A stretch of 64,000 nucleotides of DNA from Gammaproteobacteria bacterium TMED1 (GCA_002167855.2 NHBG02000019.1:39407-103406), one strand, 5' to 3'. Shown: positions 47,416 to 58,805, counted from the first letter of the stretch. The notes: generated from the letters alone by a model not told the origin. Numbers and translations are program-made.

Positions 47416-48558
47416 TTAGTGCAAAAAACATCTTAGACCAGTCTCCAAAAGGCATATATTGTGTTCCTGGCAGGCATTCTTAATCAGCTCATCACGAACA
47501 GACCCACCAGGATGAGCGACAAATTGAACATTACTTCTGGCTGCGCGGTCTATGTTATCCCTAAATGGTATATATGCATCTGAACTTAGACAGAGTTTGT
47601 CGAATTCACGAACCCAAGCAACTTTCTCTTTTCTTGATATCGACTCTGGGACGATTTTTAGTTTCGAGATAACATCTTTTTGCTCGAGATAGGATAATTC
47701 ATCCCAAAGCAAATATTGATCCACAATATTCGCCTTATCCGGTTTTGTTAACCCTTTCTCAAACACCAAAGCTTGGACTTTTGGGTGGAATTGCATCATC
47801 CATTTATCTGCCTTATCGCATGCGAGACGAGTACAATGAATTCTTGACTGCTGCCCGACACCAAGACCAATCACTTGGCCATCGTAGGCCACACAGACAC
47901 TGTTCGACTGCGCATATTTCAATGCTATGGTCCCAACCAATAGGCTTTCAGCAACCTCCGGGGAAGTCCCCAAAAACAGATCTTTAGAAATCAAGACTGA
48001 ATTCCTTTCCTGCTCGAAATTGAAGCCAAATAGCTGTCTCTGTTCTGTTGCAGGGGGTTCATAAGCTGGATTCATCTGCAAAACAATGTAAGCACCCGAT
48101 TTCTTTCTCCTAAGGATATCTAGCGCCGTTTCATCATACTCAGGAGCGATGATCAAATCGGACACCTCCGATTTCAGCAGTAACGCGAGACTTTCATCGA
48201 CTTTTTCACTAACCGCCACAGCATCCCCAAAAGAGCACATTCGATCTCCACCTCGTGCCCGAGCGTAAGCAGTCGCGATTGGCGATGGATCGCCAGAACC
48301 AAGAAATTGAGAATTGAGAAATTCCGAAGACAATGGTGCTGCCACAGCAGCACCGGCTGGAGAGACATGTTTAAACGAGGCGGCAGAAGCTTTCCCGGTA
48401 GAAGCTGCTAACTCCATCACAAGTTGCCAAGCTGTTAAGGCATCTAAAAAATTGATGTAACCGGGGGTCCCGTTCAGGACACGCAAATCTTCTGATGAAT
48501 TTGAAATAAAGGCCTTTCCCTGGTGTGGATTCACACCATACTTCAGTGGCGTTTTCAT
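47416..48558 (-). CDS. stand-alone AICAR transformylase (PurH C-terminal domain)-like protein lacking the IMP cyclohydrolase/MGS domain
   Basis: Starts directly with LKYGVNPHQ. Internal FKHVSPAGAA. Ends with HPGGSVRDELIKNACQEHNICLLETGLRCFLH, matching the PurH C-terminus QPGGSIRD...TGMRHFRH. Only 380 aa. Confidence 0.8.
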   Translation of the reverse strand: MKTPLKYGVNPHQGKAFISNSSEDLRVLNGTPGYINFLDALTAWQLVMELAASTGKASAASFKHVSPAGAAVAAPLSSEFLNSQFLGSGDPSPIATAYARARGGDRMCSFGDAVAVSEKVDESLALLLKSEVSDLIIAPEYDETALDILRRKKSGAYIVLQMNPAYEPPATEQRQLFGFNFEQERNSVLISKDLFLGTSPEVAESLLVGTIALKYAQSNSVCVAYDGQVIGLGVGQQSRIHCTRLACDKADKWMMQFHPKVQALVFEKGLTKPDKANIVDQYLLWDELSYLEQKDVISKLKIVPESISRKEKVAWVREFDKLCLSSDAYIPFRDNIDRAARSNVQFVAHPGGSVRDELIKNACQEHNICLLETGLRCFLH

Positions 48559-48621
48559 GGATAGGTACTCATTTCTTGAAACTTCTGGTTTCTTCGCCGC
48601 ATAAAAAGTTAATATTTCTCA

Positions 48622-50298
48622 TCATTGCTTCTGCTCAATTTTTGCCCACGTATCGCGAAGAGACACAACACGATTAAAAACTAATCTTTTTGGTTTAGAA
48701 AGTTTACTATCCAGACAGAAGTAGCCCTCGCGTTCAAACTGAAAACTTTGGTCCATCGTAGCGGTAACGAGACTTTTCTCTACAAACCCCTCAAAAATTT
48801 TTATAGAGTCAGAATTTAGTAGTTCTAGCTTATCCTGCTCACTGGAATCTGGGGCTTCGATATTAAACAGTGGTTCGAATAAACGGATCTGTGCTTGCAG
48901 GCACTCTGTTGCTGAGACCCAATGAATGACGCCACGAACCTTTCTACCCTCTGGATTTTTACCCAACGTACTTGGATCATACGTACAGTAAACCTCAGAA
49001 ATCTCACCCTTTTGATCCCTAATAATCTCTTCAGCCCGAATTACGTAACCGTACCTCAGGCGAACCTCGTCACCCATCACTAGTCTTTTATATTTTCTAT
49101 TTGCTTCTTCCCGAAAATCATACCGATCAATATATACTTCACGGGTAAAAGCTAATTGCCGATAGCCCATCTTCTCATTTTTTGGATGATTTGGGGCATC
49201 CAACATCTCAGCCGAGCCTTCCGGAAAATTTTTTATAATAATTTTGAGAGGATTCATAATTCCCATAACGCGGGGAGCATTAATCTCCAGATCATCTCGG
49301 ATACAACTTTCCAAAACTGCAAGCTCAACATTATTGTCGCTTTTTGATACCCCAATACGGCGGCAAAAATCTCTAATGCTCCTAGGCGTGTAGCCTCTAC
49401 GACGTAATCCGGCTATGGTTGGCAGCCTAGGATCATCCCAGCCATCAACAACGCTCAAGTCAACAAGTTCCTTGAGTTTTCTCTTGCTCATAAGCGTATA
49501 CTGTAAATTTAGGCGAGAAAATTCTATCTGTTGTGGATGCGAGGGCATCTTTAACTCATCAAGAACCCAATCATATAAAGGTCTATGATCTTCGAAGCTA
49601 AGGTCACAGAGAGAATGCGTAATTCCCTCGAGTGAATCTGAAAGACAGTGGGTATAATCATACATAGGATAAATGCACCACTTATCTCCGGTCTGATGGT
49701 GTGCTACGTGCCTGATTCTGTATATAGTTGGGTCACGCATATTAATGTTAGGGGAAGACATATCTATTTTCAGACGTAAAACCAGTTCTCCATCGGAAAA
49801 CTCACCTGCCCTCATTCGTCTAAAAAGAGAGAGACTTTCCTCAACGGCCCGATCCCGGTATGGGCTATTTTTACCGACTTCTGTAAGCGTGCCGCGATAC
49901 TTTCGAATATCCTCTCCACTCAAAGAGTCAACATAGGCTTTTTCATTCTTGATAAGGGTTTCAGCAAGATCATATAACTGATCGAAATAATCTGAAGCAT
50001 ACCGTTCCTCGTCCCACTCAAACCCTAACCAGGCTATATCTGTTTTGATTGCATTAACAAATTCAACACTCTCTTTAAGAGGGTTGGTATCATCGAATCG
50101 TAAGTTTGTTTTTCCACCAAAATCCTTCGCCAGACCAAAACTGAGACAAATGGCTTTCGCATGCCCAATATGAAGAAATCCATTGGGCTCAGGTGGAAAT
50201 CGAGTAACGACTGCGCCACCATTTTTACCAGAAGCTACATCTTGCTCCATCATATGACTAATAAAGTTCACAGGATATTTTTCTAGATCATTATTCAT
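48622..50298 (-). CDS. glnS: glutamine--tRNA ligase
   Basis: HIGH motif (FLHIGHAKA) and LMSKRKL (KMSKS). The start is set at ATG 50298 ([13 protein letters not shown]...). The longer ORF would overlap the upstream tauE-like gene. Confidence 0.95.
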   Translation of the reverse strand: MNNDLEKYPVNFISHMMEQDVASGKNGGAVVTRFPPEPNGFLHIGHAKAICLSFGLAKDFGGKTNLRFDDTNPLKESVEFVNAIKTDIAWLGFEWDEERYASDYFDQLYDLAETLIKNEKAYVDSLSGEDIRKYRGTLTEVGKNSPYRDRAVEESLSLFRRMRAGEFSDGELVLRLKIDMSSPNINMRDPTIYRIRHVAHHQTGDKWCIYPMYDYTHCLSDSLEGITHSLCDLSFEDHRPLYDWVLDELKMPSHPQQIEFSRLNLQYTLMSKRKLKELVDLSVVDGWDDPRLPTIAGLRRRGYTPRSIRDFCRRIGVSKSDNNVELAVLESCIRDDLEINAPRVMGIMNPLKIIIKNFPEGSAEMLDAPNHPKNEKMGYRQLAFTREVYIDRYDFREEANRKYKRLVMGDEVRLRYGYVIRAEEIIRDQKGEISEVYCTYDPSTLGKNPEGRKVRGVIHWVSATECLQAQIRLFEPLFNIEAPDSSEQDKLELLNSDSIKIFEGFVEKSLVTATMDQSFQFEREGYFCLDSKLSKPKRLVFNRVVSLRDTWAKIEQKQ

Positions 50299-50306
50299 TA
50301 TAAATC

Positions 50307-51071
50307 CTAGTTCACTAATGCTCCTAAACAAACGAGAATGGCCATAACCAAAGTGAACCACTTTAACGTTTTATTTGAAACATTTAGCGCAAACTTCACA
50401 CTAATTATTGTTCCACTAACCGTACCTACGGCGAGTATTAACCCCGGAATCCACAAGACTTGATTTCTTAAGGTGAAAACAACCAAGGCCACAAAACAAA
50501 ATGCGCCGGTACACACCATCTTTAAAGCGTTAGTTCTAAGCAAGTCATAACGCAAACCACCAGCGAGAACAAAGATTAGTATAAAGCCCACCCCAGCTTG
50601 AACAAAACCTCCGTAAAAACCCGTAGCGAAAAGACCAAAAATCACCAACGCACGCTCCTTCAGTTCGTATGGCCGCGTTCCATCAGGCGGAATAATCATC
50701 GAGGGAAAAAAGATGATCGCTAGGGCCATTGAGATCATCGATGCCAACAAAAATGGTTCCAACAAAAAAACCGGTAAATAAGAGGCCGATAATGCACCGG
50801 TAAGAGCACCAATTAATGTTGGAACCAGTACAGGGAAGATCGCGTGCGTATCGAGATATTTATTACTGTGGAATTCTTGGACCCCCACCAAAGAGCCTAA
50901 CAGCACACCCACGCGGTTAGTCGCATTAGCGATATCAGCGGGCATTCCCATAAAAAGTAGAGCCGGAACTGTGAACATAGAACCGCCACCCGCGATAGTG
51001 TTTACAAAACCGCAAACCACACCCGCTGCTAACAGCAGAAACACACCCAGGGTAGTGATTTCATATTCCAT
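50307..51071 (-). CDS. TauE/SafE family sulfite-exporter-like membrane protein (DUF81)
   Basis: 254 aa, 7-8 TM segments, with [27 protein letters not shown]. Confidence 0.85.
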   Translation of the reverse strand: MEYEITTLGVFLLLAAGVVCGFVNTIAGGGSMFTVPALLFMGMPADIANATNRVGVLLGSLVGVQEFHSNKYLDTHAIFPVLVPTLIGALTGALSASYLPVFLLEPFLLASMISMALAIIFFPSMIIPPDGTRPYELKERALVIFGLFATGFYGGFVQAGVGFILIFVLAGGLRYDLLRTNALKMVCTGAFCFVALVVFTLRNQVLWIPGLILAVGTVSGTIISVKFALNVSNKTLKWFTLVMAILVCLGALVN

Positions 51072-51209
51072 CTGGAGAAGTATCCTCGATAGTTGCAGGA
51101 GATATGCTCAAGGGTAACGGATAGTATAGCTGACTGTACCAATGTGAAAGTGACATTAGATGTACCGCAAAAACTTGCATTAGGATGTTTTACCGCTATT
51201 ATGATAGTT

Positions 51210-51389
51210 ATGCATTGTAATGACCAATTTAAACTTTCCAGCCCACGATCCAAATTAGCCCTAAAGCAATTTCGGTTTTTCTGTCGGCTGGGTTACTACT
51301 TTTTTATAAAGTTTTAAACGCCCTGTACATGGGCGCTAGCCGCCTGATAGAGAACCTCGATAGGCGGTAGCTGAATCGGGGTTTTTTTT
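51210..51389 (+). promoter_or_regulatory. putative leader-peptide transcription attenuator of the DAHP synthase gene
   Basis: The reading frame ending at TAA 51315-51317 encodes ...KQFRFFCRLGYYFFIKF, with 6 Phe and 2 Tyr in the last 15 codons. It is followed by competing hairpins (51319-51335, 51332-51344, 51340-51367) and a terminator at 51355-51389. The leader start codon is not well defined. Confidence 0.4.
51355..51389 (+). terminator. intrinsic-terminator-like hairpin plus T8, 35 nt upstream of the DAHP synthase start
   Basis: CCTCGAT (51355-51361) pairs with ATCGGGG (51375-51381), giving 7 bp including one G-U. The loop is 13 nt. TTTTTTTT follows at 51382-51389. Confidence 0.5.
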
Positions 51390-51423
51390 AAGCTAAGAAA
51401 AGACAGATTTTAAGGAGATTAAT

Positions 51424-52503
51424 ATGGCGGAGTTAATAGTGGATGACCTAAATGTATTAAGTGAAGAGACCTTAATCAATCCTAATCAATTAAAAGAAAG
51501 TATACCTGCATCAGCGGATGCGCTTGCGACAGTAGCTCGAAGCAGAACAACCATAAAAGAGATTATTGAACGTAATGACCCTCGCCTCCTCGTAATAATA
51601 GGGCCCTGTTCAATACATGACGTTGATTGTGCGATGGATTACGCATCCCGATTAAAGAAGCTTGCTGCCGAAGTATCAGAATCGCTATACCTAGTGATGA
51701 GAGTTTACTTCGAGAAGCCGAGGACTACTGTTGGCTGGAAGGGCCTCATTAACGATCCACACCTTAATGACTCGTTTAATATTGTCGAAGGTCTAAAAAT
51801 AGGTAGAAAACTCCTAGTCGACCTTGCTGAATTAGGCTTACCTACATCCACTGAGGCCCTTGATCCTGTCTCTCCGCAATATCTACAAGATATGATCAGC
51901 TGGAGTGCCATTGGTGCACGGACCACGGAATCTCAAACACACAGAGAGATGGCTAGCGGTCTTTCGTCTGCGGTCGGATTTAAGAATGGTACTGATGGAG
52001 GACTGGATGTTGCGATAAATGCTCTTCAGTCAGTATCAGCTCCCCATCGGTTCCTTGGGATTAATCATCAGGGGGCAGTATCGGTTATTCACACAAGGGG
52101 AAATCGCCATGCCCATATAGTCCTTCGCGGCGGTGGAGGCACAGCAAATTATGATAGTGTGAACGTATCTGTGTGCGAGAGGCAACTGCTAAAAGCAGGA
52201 ATTCCAGCAAATATTATGATCGATTGTAGCCACGCTAATTCTAATAAAGATCATAATTTGCAACCATTGGTAATGAAAAATGTTGCTAATCAAATTATCG
52301 ATGGGAATAGATCAATTATCGGCTTAATGGTTGAGAGTAATATTAATGCCGGCAATCAATCCATTCCCGATGATTTAGGCGATCTTCAGTATGGAGTATC
52401 TGTTACAGATAAATGCGTAGATTGGGAGACCACAGAAACAATGATCAAAGAACTTCAGCAAAGTGTAGGCAAAGTTCTTCCGTCTAGGGGAACCCTTGAA
52501 TAA
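51424..52503 (+). CDS. 3-deoxy-7-phosphoheptulonate (DAHP) synthase, class I
   Basis: KPRTTVGWKGLINDP and IDCSHANS motifs. 359 aa. SD AAGGAG lies upstream. The isozyme (Phe/Tyr/Trp-sensitive) cannot be assigned by eye. Confidence 0.95.
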   Translation: MAELIVDDLNVLSEETLINPNQLKESIPASADALATVARSRTTIKEIIERNDPRLLVIIGPCSIHDVDCAMDYASRLKKLAAEVSESLYLVMRVYFEKPRTTVGWKGLINDPHLNDSFNIVEGLKIGRKLLVDLAELGLPTSTEALDPVSPQYLQDMISWSAIGARTTESQTHREMASGLSSAVGFKNGTDGGLDVAINALQSVSAPHRFLGINHQGAVSVIHTRGNRHAHIVLRGGGGTANYDSVNVSVCERQLLKAGIPANIMIDCSHANSNKDHNLQPLVMKNVANQIIDGNRSIIGLMVESNINAGNQSIPDDLGDLQYGVSVTDKCVDWETTETMIKELQQSVGKVLPSRGTLE

Positions 52504-52538
52504 GCTGATTTAGTCAGCTGATAAGTTTGCTACGAAAT

Positions 52539-53120
52539 TTATTTAAAGTAAGCATTTTCTCGCGAGGAATGATCGGTTACGTCACTGACACCTTCGAGCT
52601 CTGGTACTCGTTCCATGAGGGATTTTTCAACACCTTCCTTTAAAGTCATGTCAACCATCCCACAGCCTTGGCAACCCCCGCCAAATTGCAATACCGCAAC
52701 TTGATTCTCGGTCAACTCCACAAGTGTAACCATGCCACCGTGTTCTGCTAGAGAAGGGTTGACCTCACTTTGTAGTACGTAATTTATACGATCTTCTATG
52801 GAACTATCATCCGACACCTTCGGCACTTTCGAGTTTGGAGCTTTGATTGTAAGCTGCCCGCCCATTCTGTCTTCGGCATAGTCTACCAAGGCATCCTGTA
52901 AAAATGGCTGACTCCTATCATCTATCCATGCATCAAACTCATTGTACTCCACTTTCTTATCGCTCGATTGCTCTTCCCCTTCAGCACAATATGCAATGCA
53001 GGTCTCTGCCATTGGCGTGCCCGGATCAGTAATAAAGATGCGAATACTGACATTATCAGCTTCTTGGCTATCAAGCAGCCCACGCAAATAACTTTGCGCT
53101 GATTCCGTTATTTCGACCAT
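52539..53120 (-). CDS. nfuA: Fe-S cluster biogenesis protein NfuA
   Basis: Degenerate A-type N-terminal domain plus a C-terminal Nfu domain with [19 protein letters not shown] (CxxC). Length is 193 aa. Confidence 0.9.
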   Translation of the reverse strand: MVEITESAQSYLRGLLDSQEADNVSIRIFITDPGTPMAETCIAYCAEGEEQSSDKKVEYNEFDAWIDDRSQPFLQDALVDYAEDRMGGQLTIKAPNSKVPKVSDDSSIEDRINYVLQSEVNPSLAEHGGMVTLVELTENQVAVLQFGGGCQGCGMVDMTLKEGVEKSLMERVPELEGVSDVTDHSSRENAYFK

Positions 53121-53296
53121 GCCTTTCCCTCTAAAACCATTCCCTGAGCCATATTTAGTTTACTCCAGCTGAAGCCTCTAAACCACGAGAAATTAACTTC
53201 CGTTGTGACGGAAAAGGTTACGTCTATGAATACAGTTCATTCAAATCTTAAATGATCTTCAGATTATTAATAAGAAAATTTTGTTAAAATCCCCTG

Positions 53297-56200
53297 ATGA
53301 ACGATAAGAGAACGAAGAATTCCACTCGCCTGAAGAAAGAGCTCGGGGAAAGGATCCTAGTAATGGACGGCGCTATGGGAACCCTAATCCAGGAGCAACG
53401 CCTTTCGCAAGATGACTATCACGGAAAACGTTTCTCGGCACATCCTTCAAGCCTGAGTGGAAATAATGAAATTTTGGTTCTAACCCAGCCAGAATTAATC
53501 GCCGATATTCATCGCCAATACCTAAATGCAGGATCGGACATTATTGCTACTAATACTTTCACCGCAAATAGGATTTCCCAAGCAGACTATGGCACAGAGG
53601 ATTTAGTTTATGAAATCAATTTTTCGGCAGCCCAGCTAGCAAGGGATATCGCAAATGATTTTGAGAGTACTACCAAGCCGCGATTTGTAGCGGGCGCGAT
53701 CGGACCAACCACACGTTCAGCTAGTCTTTCCCCCGATGTCAATGATCCCGGGTTTCGAAATGTTACCTTCGACGATTTGGTCACCGATTACGGTGAAAGT
53801 TTGAGAGGACTCATAGATGGCGGCGCAAATATAATTTTAATCGAAACGATTTTTGATGTGCTGAACAGCAAAGCTGCAATCTATGCCGCTCTATCCATTA
53901 TAGAAGAACGTCAATTAGATCTGCCTATAATGATTTCCGGAACGATTACGGATGCAAGTGGAAGACTTCTCTCCGGACAGACCACAGAAGCCTTTTGGGC
54001 TTCAATATGCCATGCAAAGCCAATTAGTGTCGGCTTCAACTGTGCTCTAGGCGCCGAAGACCTAAGATCTTATATAAAATCTATTTCTGATATCGCAGAA
54101 TGCTTTGTCAGCGCTTATCCAAATCGAGGTTTACCAAACGAATTTGGTGAATACGACGAAACCTTGGAAGAGATGGTGACCAGTATTGAGGATTACATGG
54201 CAAGTGGTCTCGTCAATATAATCGGGGGTTGCTGCGGAACAACAGCAGAACACATTTCAGCTTTTTCGGAATTGGCCAAAACTTATCCCCCAAGACCAAA
54301 TATAGTAGCCACTGGAGAGACTCGCCTTAGTGGGCTAGAACCCTTCAATATCAATAACGATAGTCTCTTTGTTAATGTCGGGGAACGAACTAACGTTACA
54401 GGTTCTGCAAGATTTGCTCGTCTCATCAAAGACGAGAACTATGAGGCTGCCCTAGAAATTGCTCAACAGCAAGTCGATAACGGTGCACAGATTATCGATG
54501 TCAATATGGACGAAGGGATGCTTGACTCTAAAGCCGCTATGGTCACGTTTCTGAATCTTGTTGCTGCGGAGCCGAATATTAGTAAGGTTCCAATTATGAT
54601 CGATTCCTCGAAATGGGAGATCATCGAAGCGGGTTTAAAGTGTCTTCAGGGTAAGTCTATTGTTAACTCAATTAGCTTAAAGGCCGGAGAGGAGGAATTT
54701 AAAGAACAGGCTAAACTCTGCTTAAAATATGGCGCATCCGTAATCGTAATGGCCTTCGATGAAAAAGGTCAGGCCGAGAGTCTAAGCAGAAAGAAAGCGA
54801 TATGTGAACGCTCATATAATATTTTAGTAAATGATATTGGCTTTTCACCACAAGATATCATCTTAGATCCAAATGTATTTGCCGTGGCAACTGGCATAGA
54901 AGAACACAACACATATGGAATCGACTTTATAGAATGCTGTCGCTTCATAAAAGATAATCTTCCAGGCGCACTAATTTCTGGCGGTATTAGTAATGTTTCA
55001 TTCTCTTTTCGGGGTAATAATAAAGTCAGGGAAGCCATTCATGCAGTATTTTTATACCATGCAATTAAAGCCGGTCTGACGATGGGTATCGTTAATGCAG
55101 GACAATTAGAGATCTATGAAGAGATCCCCGAAGATCTCAAAAAAAGTATAGAAGATGTAATTCTTTACCGAAGGCCAAACGCCACAGAAGCCTTAATAGA
55201 TGTTGCACAACAATACTCTGGAGAAAAATCAAAACTCAAGAAAGAGGACCTTTCCTGGAGGACATTACCGACCAACGAAAAACTCTCCTATGCACTTGTT
55301 CAGGGTAATAATAAATACATAGTAGAAGATACAGAGCAAGCTCGCCTTGAGGCTGTGGAGCCAATTGAGGTTATCGAGGGCCCACTTATGGATGGAATGA
55401 ACCGAGTTGGTGATTTATTTGGTGCGGGCAAGATGTTCCTCCCTCAGGTCGTGAAAAGTGCCCGTGTTATGAAACAAGCAGTTGCCCATTTAATACCCTA
55501 TATCGAGGCAGAAAAAGATGGAAAAGTTCGCAACAAGGGAAAAATTCTCATGGCGACGGTAAAGGGTGATGTGCACGATATCGGTAAGAATATCGTAAGC
55601 GTAGTACTCCAGTGTAATAATTATGAGGTAATTGATCTTGGTGTTATGGTCCCTGCGAATAAAATATTGGAAGCAGCAACAAAGCACAAAGTTGACCTGA
55701 TTGGTTTGTCAGGCCTAATCACGCCCTCGCTTGACGAAATGGTTAACGTTGCAAGTGAAATGCAGCGACAAAATTTTAAGCTACCTCTACTAATCGGAGG
55801 TGCTACCACCTCCAAAGCTCATACTTCTGTAAAAATTGAACCCTGTTACCAAAATGACTCTACAGTCTACGTCCCTGATGCATCGCGCGCTGTAACAGTA
55901 GCAACTAAGCTATTGAACGAAGAAACTAAGGTTATTTTTTGCCAACAGGTCCACGATGAGTACGAAATCGTTAGAGAGCGAAATAAGAAACGACGCCCCA
56001 AAAGCAAAGTACTGCAATATCGGGAAGCTGTTGCAAACAAACAACATCTGGACTGGAAAACTTATACTCCGCCAACTCCAACGTTTACGGGAAGAAAGAC
56101 GCTCTTAAACTATTCAGTTGCCGAACTTCTGCCTTATATAGATTGGACACCTTTTTTTATTACTTGGGAGCTTGCAGGGAAATATCCAAAAATTTTAAAT

Positions 56201-56986
56201 GATCAGATTGTTGGCGAAGCTGCAAGTGCCTTATTCGAAGACGCAATGAATATGATTAATCAATTAATGAAAGATAATATTTTGAAAGTAGAAGCGGTGA
56301 TAGGCTTCTGGCCTGCAAATTCTCATGGGGATGACATTATTTTATTCGAAGACCTAACTCATTCTCGAGAATTGACTCGATTGCATCACCTCCGGCAACA
56401 AACAAATAAACCCAATAAACAAGCGAACCTGTGCCTATCCGACTTTGTTGCCCCGTTAGACACCAAAGTAGTCGATTTCATCGGTGGTTTTGCCGTAACG
56501 GCAGGCAAGGGACTTGAAGAGATAGTCGCAGACTATGACACCCAAAAAGATGACTATAATGCAATCCTTGTAAAAGCAATTGCGGACCGTCTGGCGGAAG
56601 CTTTTGCTGAGAAATTACATGAAGATGTCAGAAAAAACTATTGGGGCTACTCCTCGAGTGAACAATATTCGAATGAAGCGTTGATAAGAGAACGATATCG
56701 AGGTATTCGACCAGCACCCGGTTACCCTGCTTGCCCAGACCATACCGAGAAAGAGGCGCTATTCGCATTGTTAAATGCGCCGCAGGAAATAGGTTTAAAA
56801 CTGACCTCTCACTATGCCATGAGCCCAGCTGCATCCGTCAGTGGATTCTATTTCTCTCACCCTGAATCTCGTTACTTTGGCGTAGGGAAAATCGATAAAG
56901 ACCAAGTCATTGATTATGGTCGTAGAAAGATGATGTCACTTGATGAGACAGAAAAGTGGCTTCGTCCAAATCTCTTATACAAATGA
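53297..56986 (+). CDS. metH: cobalamin-dependent methionine synthase
   Basis: 1229 aa. Hcy domain (GGCCGTT), pterin-binding domain, B12 motif [11 protein letters not shown] (DxHxxG), and C-terminal AdoMet activation domain. Confidence 0.97.
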   Translation: MNDKRTKNSTRLKKELGERILVMDGAMGTLIQEQRLSQDDYHGKRFSAHPSSLSGNNEILVLTQPELIADIHRQYLNAGSDIIATNTFTANRISQADYGTEDLVYEINFSAAQLARDIANDFESTTKPRFVAGAIGPTTRSASLSPDVNDPGFRNVTFDDLVTDYGESLRGLIDGGANIILIETIFDVLNSKAAIYAALSIIEERQLDLPIMISGTITDASGRLLSGQTTEAFWASICHAKPISVGFNCALGAEDLRSYIKSISDIAECFVSAYPNRGLPNEFGEYDETLEEMVTSIEDYMASGLVNIIGGCCGTTAEHISAFSELAKTYPPRPNIVATGETRLSGLEPFNINNDSLFVNVGERTNVTGSARFARLIKDENYEAALEIAQQQVDNGAQIIDVNMDEGMLDSKAAMVTFLNLVAAEPNISKVPIMIDSSKWEIIEAGLKCLQGKSIVNSISLKAGEEEFKEQAKLCLKYGASVIVMAFDEKGQAESLSRKKAICERSYNILVNDIGFSPQDIILDPNVFAVATGIEEHNTYGIDFIECCRFIKDNLPGALISGGISNVSFSFRGNNKVREAIHAVFLYHAIKAGLTMGIVNAGQLEIYEEIPEDLKKSIEDVILYRRPNATEALIDVAQQYSGEKSKLKKEDLSWRTLPTNEKLSYALVQGNNKYIVEDTEQARLEAVEPIEVIEGPLMDGMNRVGDLFGAGKMFLPQVVKSARVMKQAVAHLIPYIEAEKDGKVRNKGKILMATVKGDVHDIGKNIVSVVLQCNNYEVIDLGVMVPANKILEAATKHKVDLIGLSGLITPSLDEMVNVASEMQRQNFKLPLLIGGATTSKAHTSVKIEPCYQNDSTVYVPDASRAVTVATKLLNEETKVIFCQQVHDEYEIVRERNKKRRPKSKVLQYREAVANKQHLDWKTYTPPTPTFTGRKTLLNYSVAELLPYIDWTPFFITWELAGKYPKILNDQIVGEAASALFEDAMNMINQLMKDNILKVEAVIGFWPANSHGDDIILFEDLTHSRELTRLHHLRQQTNKPNKQANLCLSDFVAPLDTKVVDFIGGFAVTAGKGLEEIVADYDTQKDDYNAILVKAIADRLAEAFAEKLHEDVRKNYWGYSSSEQYSNEALIRERYRGIRPAPGYPACPDHTEKEALFALLNAPQEIGLKLTSHYAMSPAASVSGFYFSHPESRYFGVGKIDKDQVIDYGRRKMMSLDETEKWLRPNLLYK

Positions 56987-57152
56987 TCTTAGTCAAGAAA
57001 AAATCGCTTTGTGCCATTAGTGTGGGTCGTAAAATAGATAAGCAACCTGTTAACCCTAAACGACTCTGAAATCAGCTAACAATTGAAAGTTAATTGAGGT
57101 ACTTGAGTGAAGACTGGTATAGTTCTCTAATCCTTTTTGTGACCATTGAAAT

Positions 57153-58805
57153 ATGTACACGTATGACCCACACGATCAGAAGCTAGTCGACGAGAGGGTA
57201 GCCCAATATCGAGAGCAAACTGAACGGTTCCTAGCGGGGAAAATTCCCGCGGAAGAATTTCAACAGCTGCGCCTAAGAAATGGTCTTTATGTGCAGCGAC
57301 TTGCACCTATGCTACGGATAGCAGTCCCCTATGGAATGCTATCATCGAAGCAATTACGAAAAGTTGCCCACATAACCCGTTACTACGACAAAGGGTACGG
57401 TCATTTAACCACGAGACAGAACATTCAACTTAACTGGCCACACCTTGAAGAAGTTCCAGATATCCTAGAAGAACTCGCGAGTGTCCAAATGCACGCTATT
57501 CAAACTAGTGGAAGTTGTGTCAGGAACGTTACAACAGACCAATATGCAGGATCTGCCAAAGACGAGATCGAAGATCCTCGGCCATGGGCTGAACTTCTTC
57601 GTCAATGGTCAACATTCCACCCAGAATTTAATTGGCTACCCCGAAAATTTAAGATTGCGGTATCAGGATCACTTGAAGATCGTGCCGCGATCCAAGTGCA
57701 CGACATCGGTCTTCGGATTGTGGAACGCGATGGAATACGAGGGTTTCAGATTCTAGTTGGAGGAGGACTGGGTAGAACGCCAGTGATCGGTAGTCAGATC
57801 AAAGACTTTCTGGACCAAAAGCACCTGCTTACTTACACCGAGGCTATTTTACGAGTTTATAATCGATATGGGCGTCGGGACAATAAATATAAAGCAAGGA
57901 TAAAAATTTTAGTTCGTGCTATGACGCCAGAGGTTTTTAGAGAGAAAGTAGAAGTCGAATGGGCCTCAATTAAGGATGGACCTGGTACTTTAACCGTAAA
58001 GGAAGTAAATCGCGCAAAATCAAGTTTTTCCCCTCCGAAATATGATGCGTTGACAGATATAGACCCGGAACAAGCTTTGATTTCAGGTGATGCAGCCTTC
58101 AAGAACTGGCTAAAACAAAACGTACTGCCTCATAAAATGCCCGGTTATGCCATCGTAAATTTAGCTGTTAAAGCAACCGGTATTGCTCCAGGCGATATCA
58201 CTGATGAACAAATGGAACTTATTGCAGACCTTGCTGATGCTTATAGCTTTGGTGAATTGCGCGTCACGCATGAGCAGAATATTACCCTCGCTGATGTGAA
58301 GCAAAAACACCTTTACGCCCTGTGGCAGCGATTGGTCAGTGAGAACCTGAGCTCACCTAATCTTGGACTTTTAACCGACATGATTTGCTGCCCGGGCGGT
58401 GATTTCTGTTCCCTTGCCAATGCCAAGTCGATTCCAGTAGCAGAAGCAATACAAAGGCGGTTTGACCAGTTAGATTACCTGCATGATCTAGGTGAGCTTC
58501 ATGTCAACATATCTGGCTGTATGAATGCATGTGGGCATCACCATGTAGGAAACATAGGTATCCTGGGTGTCGACAAAAAGGGGCATGAGTTCTATCAAAT
58601 ATCTATCGGAGGGAGTGCCAACTTCTCAGCCGCGATTGGTAAAATACTCGGACCGAGTTTCGCACAAGAAGAAATACCCGCGGTCATTGAGACTATAGTG
58701 CAAGTCTATGTCACCAACAGGGAATCCGAAGAACAATTTCTTGATACCCTTCATCGAATCGGTATCGAGCCCTTCAAAGATGCTGTGTATCAAACAGATG
58801 ACTAA
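57153..58805 (+). CDS. cysI: assimilatory sulfite reductase hemoprotein (nitrite/sulfite reductase family)
   Basis: Siroheme/4Fe-4S cysteine cluster CCPGGDFCSLA ... SGCMNACGHHH. 550 aa. It is followed by a DUF934 gene, as in Pseudomonas. Confidence 0.85.
   Translation: MYTYDPHDQKLVDERVAQYREQTERFLAGKIPAEEFQQLRLRNGLYVQRLAPMLRIAVPYGMLSSKQLRKVAHITRYYDKGYGHLTTRQNIQLNWPHLEEVPDILEELASVQMHAIQTSGSCVRNVTTDQYAGSAKDEIEDPRPWAELLRQWSTFHPEFNWLPRKFKIAVSGSLEDRAAIQVHDIGLRIVERDGIRGFQILVGGGLGRTPVIGSQIKDFLDQKHLLTYTEAILRVYNRYGRRDNKYKARIKILVRAMTPEVFREKVEVEWASIKDGPGTLTVKEVNRAKSSFSPPKYDALTDIDPEQALISGDAAFKNWLKQNVLPHKMPGYAIVNLAVKATGIAPGDITDEQMELIADLADAYSFGELRVTHEQNITLADVKQKHLYALWQRLVSENLSSPNLGLLTDMICCPGGDFCSLANAKSIPVAEAIQRRFDQLDYLHDLGELHVNISGCMNACGHHHVGNIGILGVDKKGHEFYQISIGGSANFSAAIGKILGPSFAQEEIPAVIETIVQVYVTNRESEEQFLDTLHRIGIEPFKDAVYQTDD

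Noticed and set aside
50299-50361. 21-codon N-terminal extension of the glnS ORF
   Set aside because: It would overlap the upstream tauE-like gene. GlnRS homology starts around [13 protein letters not shown] (ATG 50298).
51093-51317. The full 74-aa ORF (TTG start) as a protein-coding gene
   Set aside because: Its start lies 22 nt from the divergent tauE start, with no SD. The sequence has low complexity. Only its Phe/Tyr-rich 3' end, next to the hairpins, seems meaningful, as a possible leader peptide (see findings).
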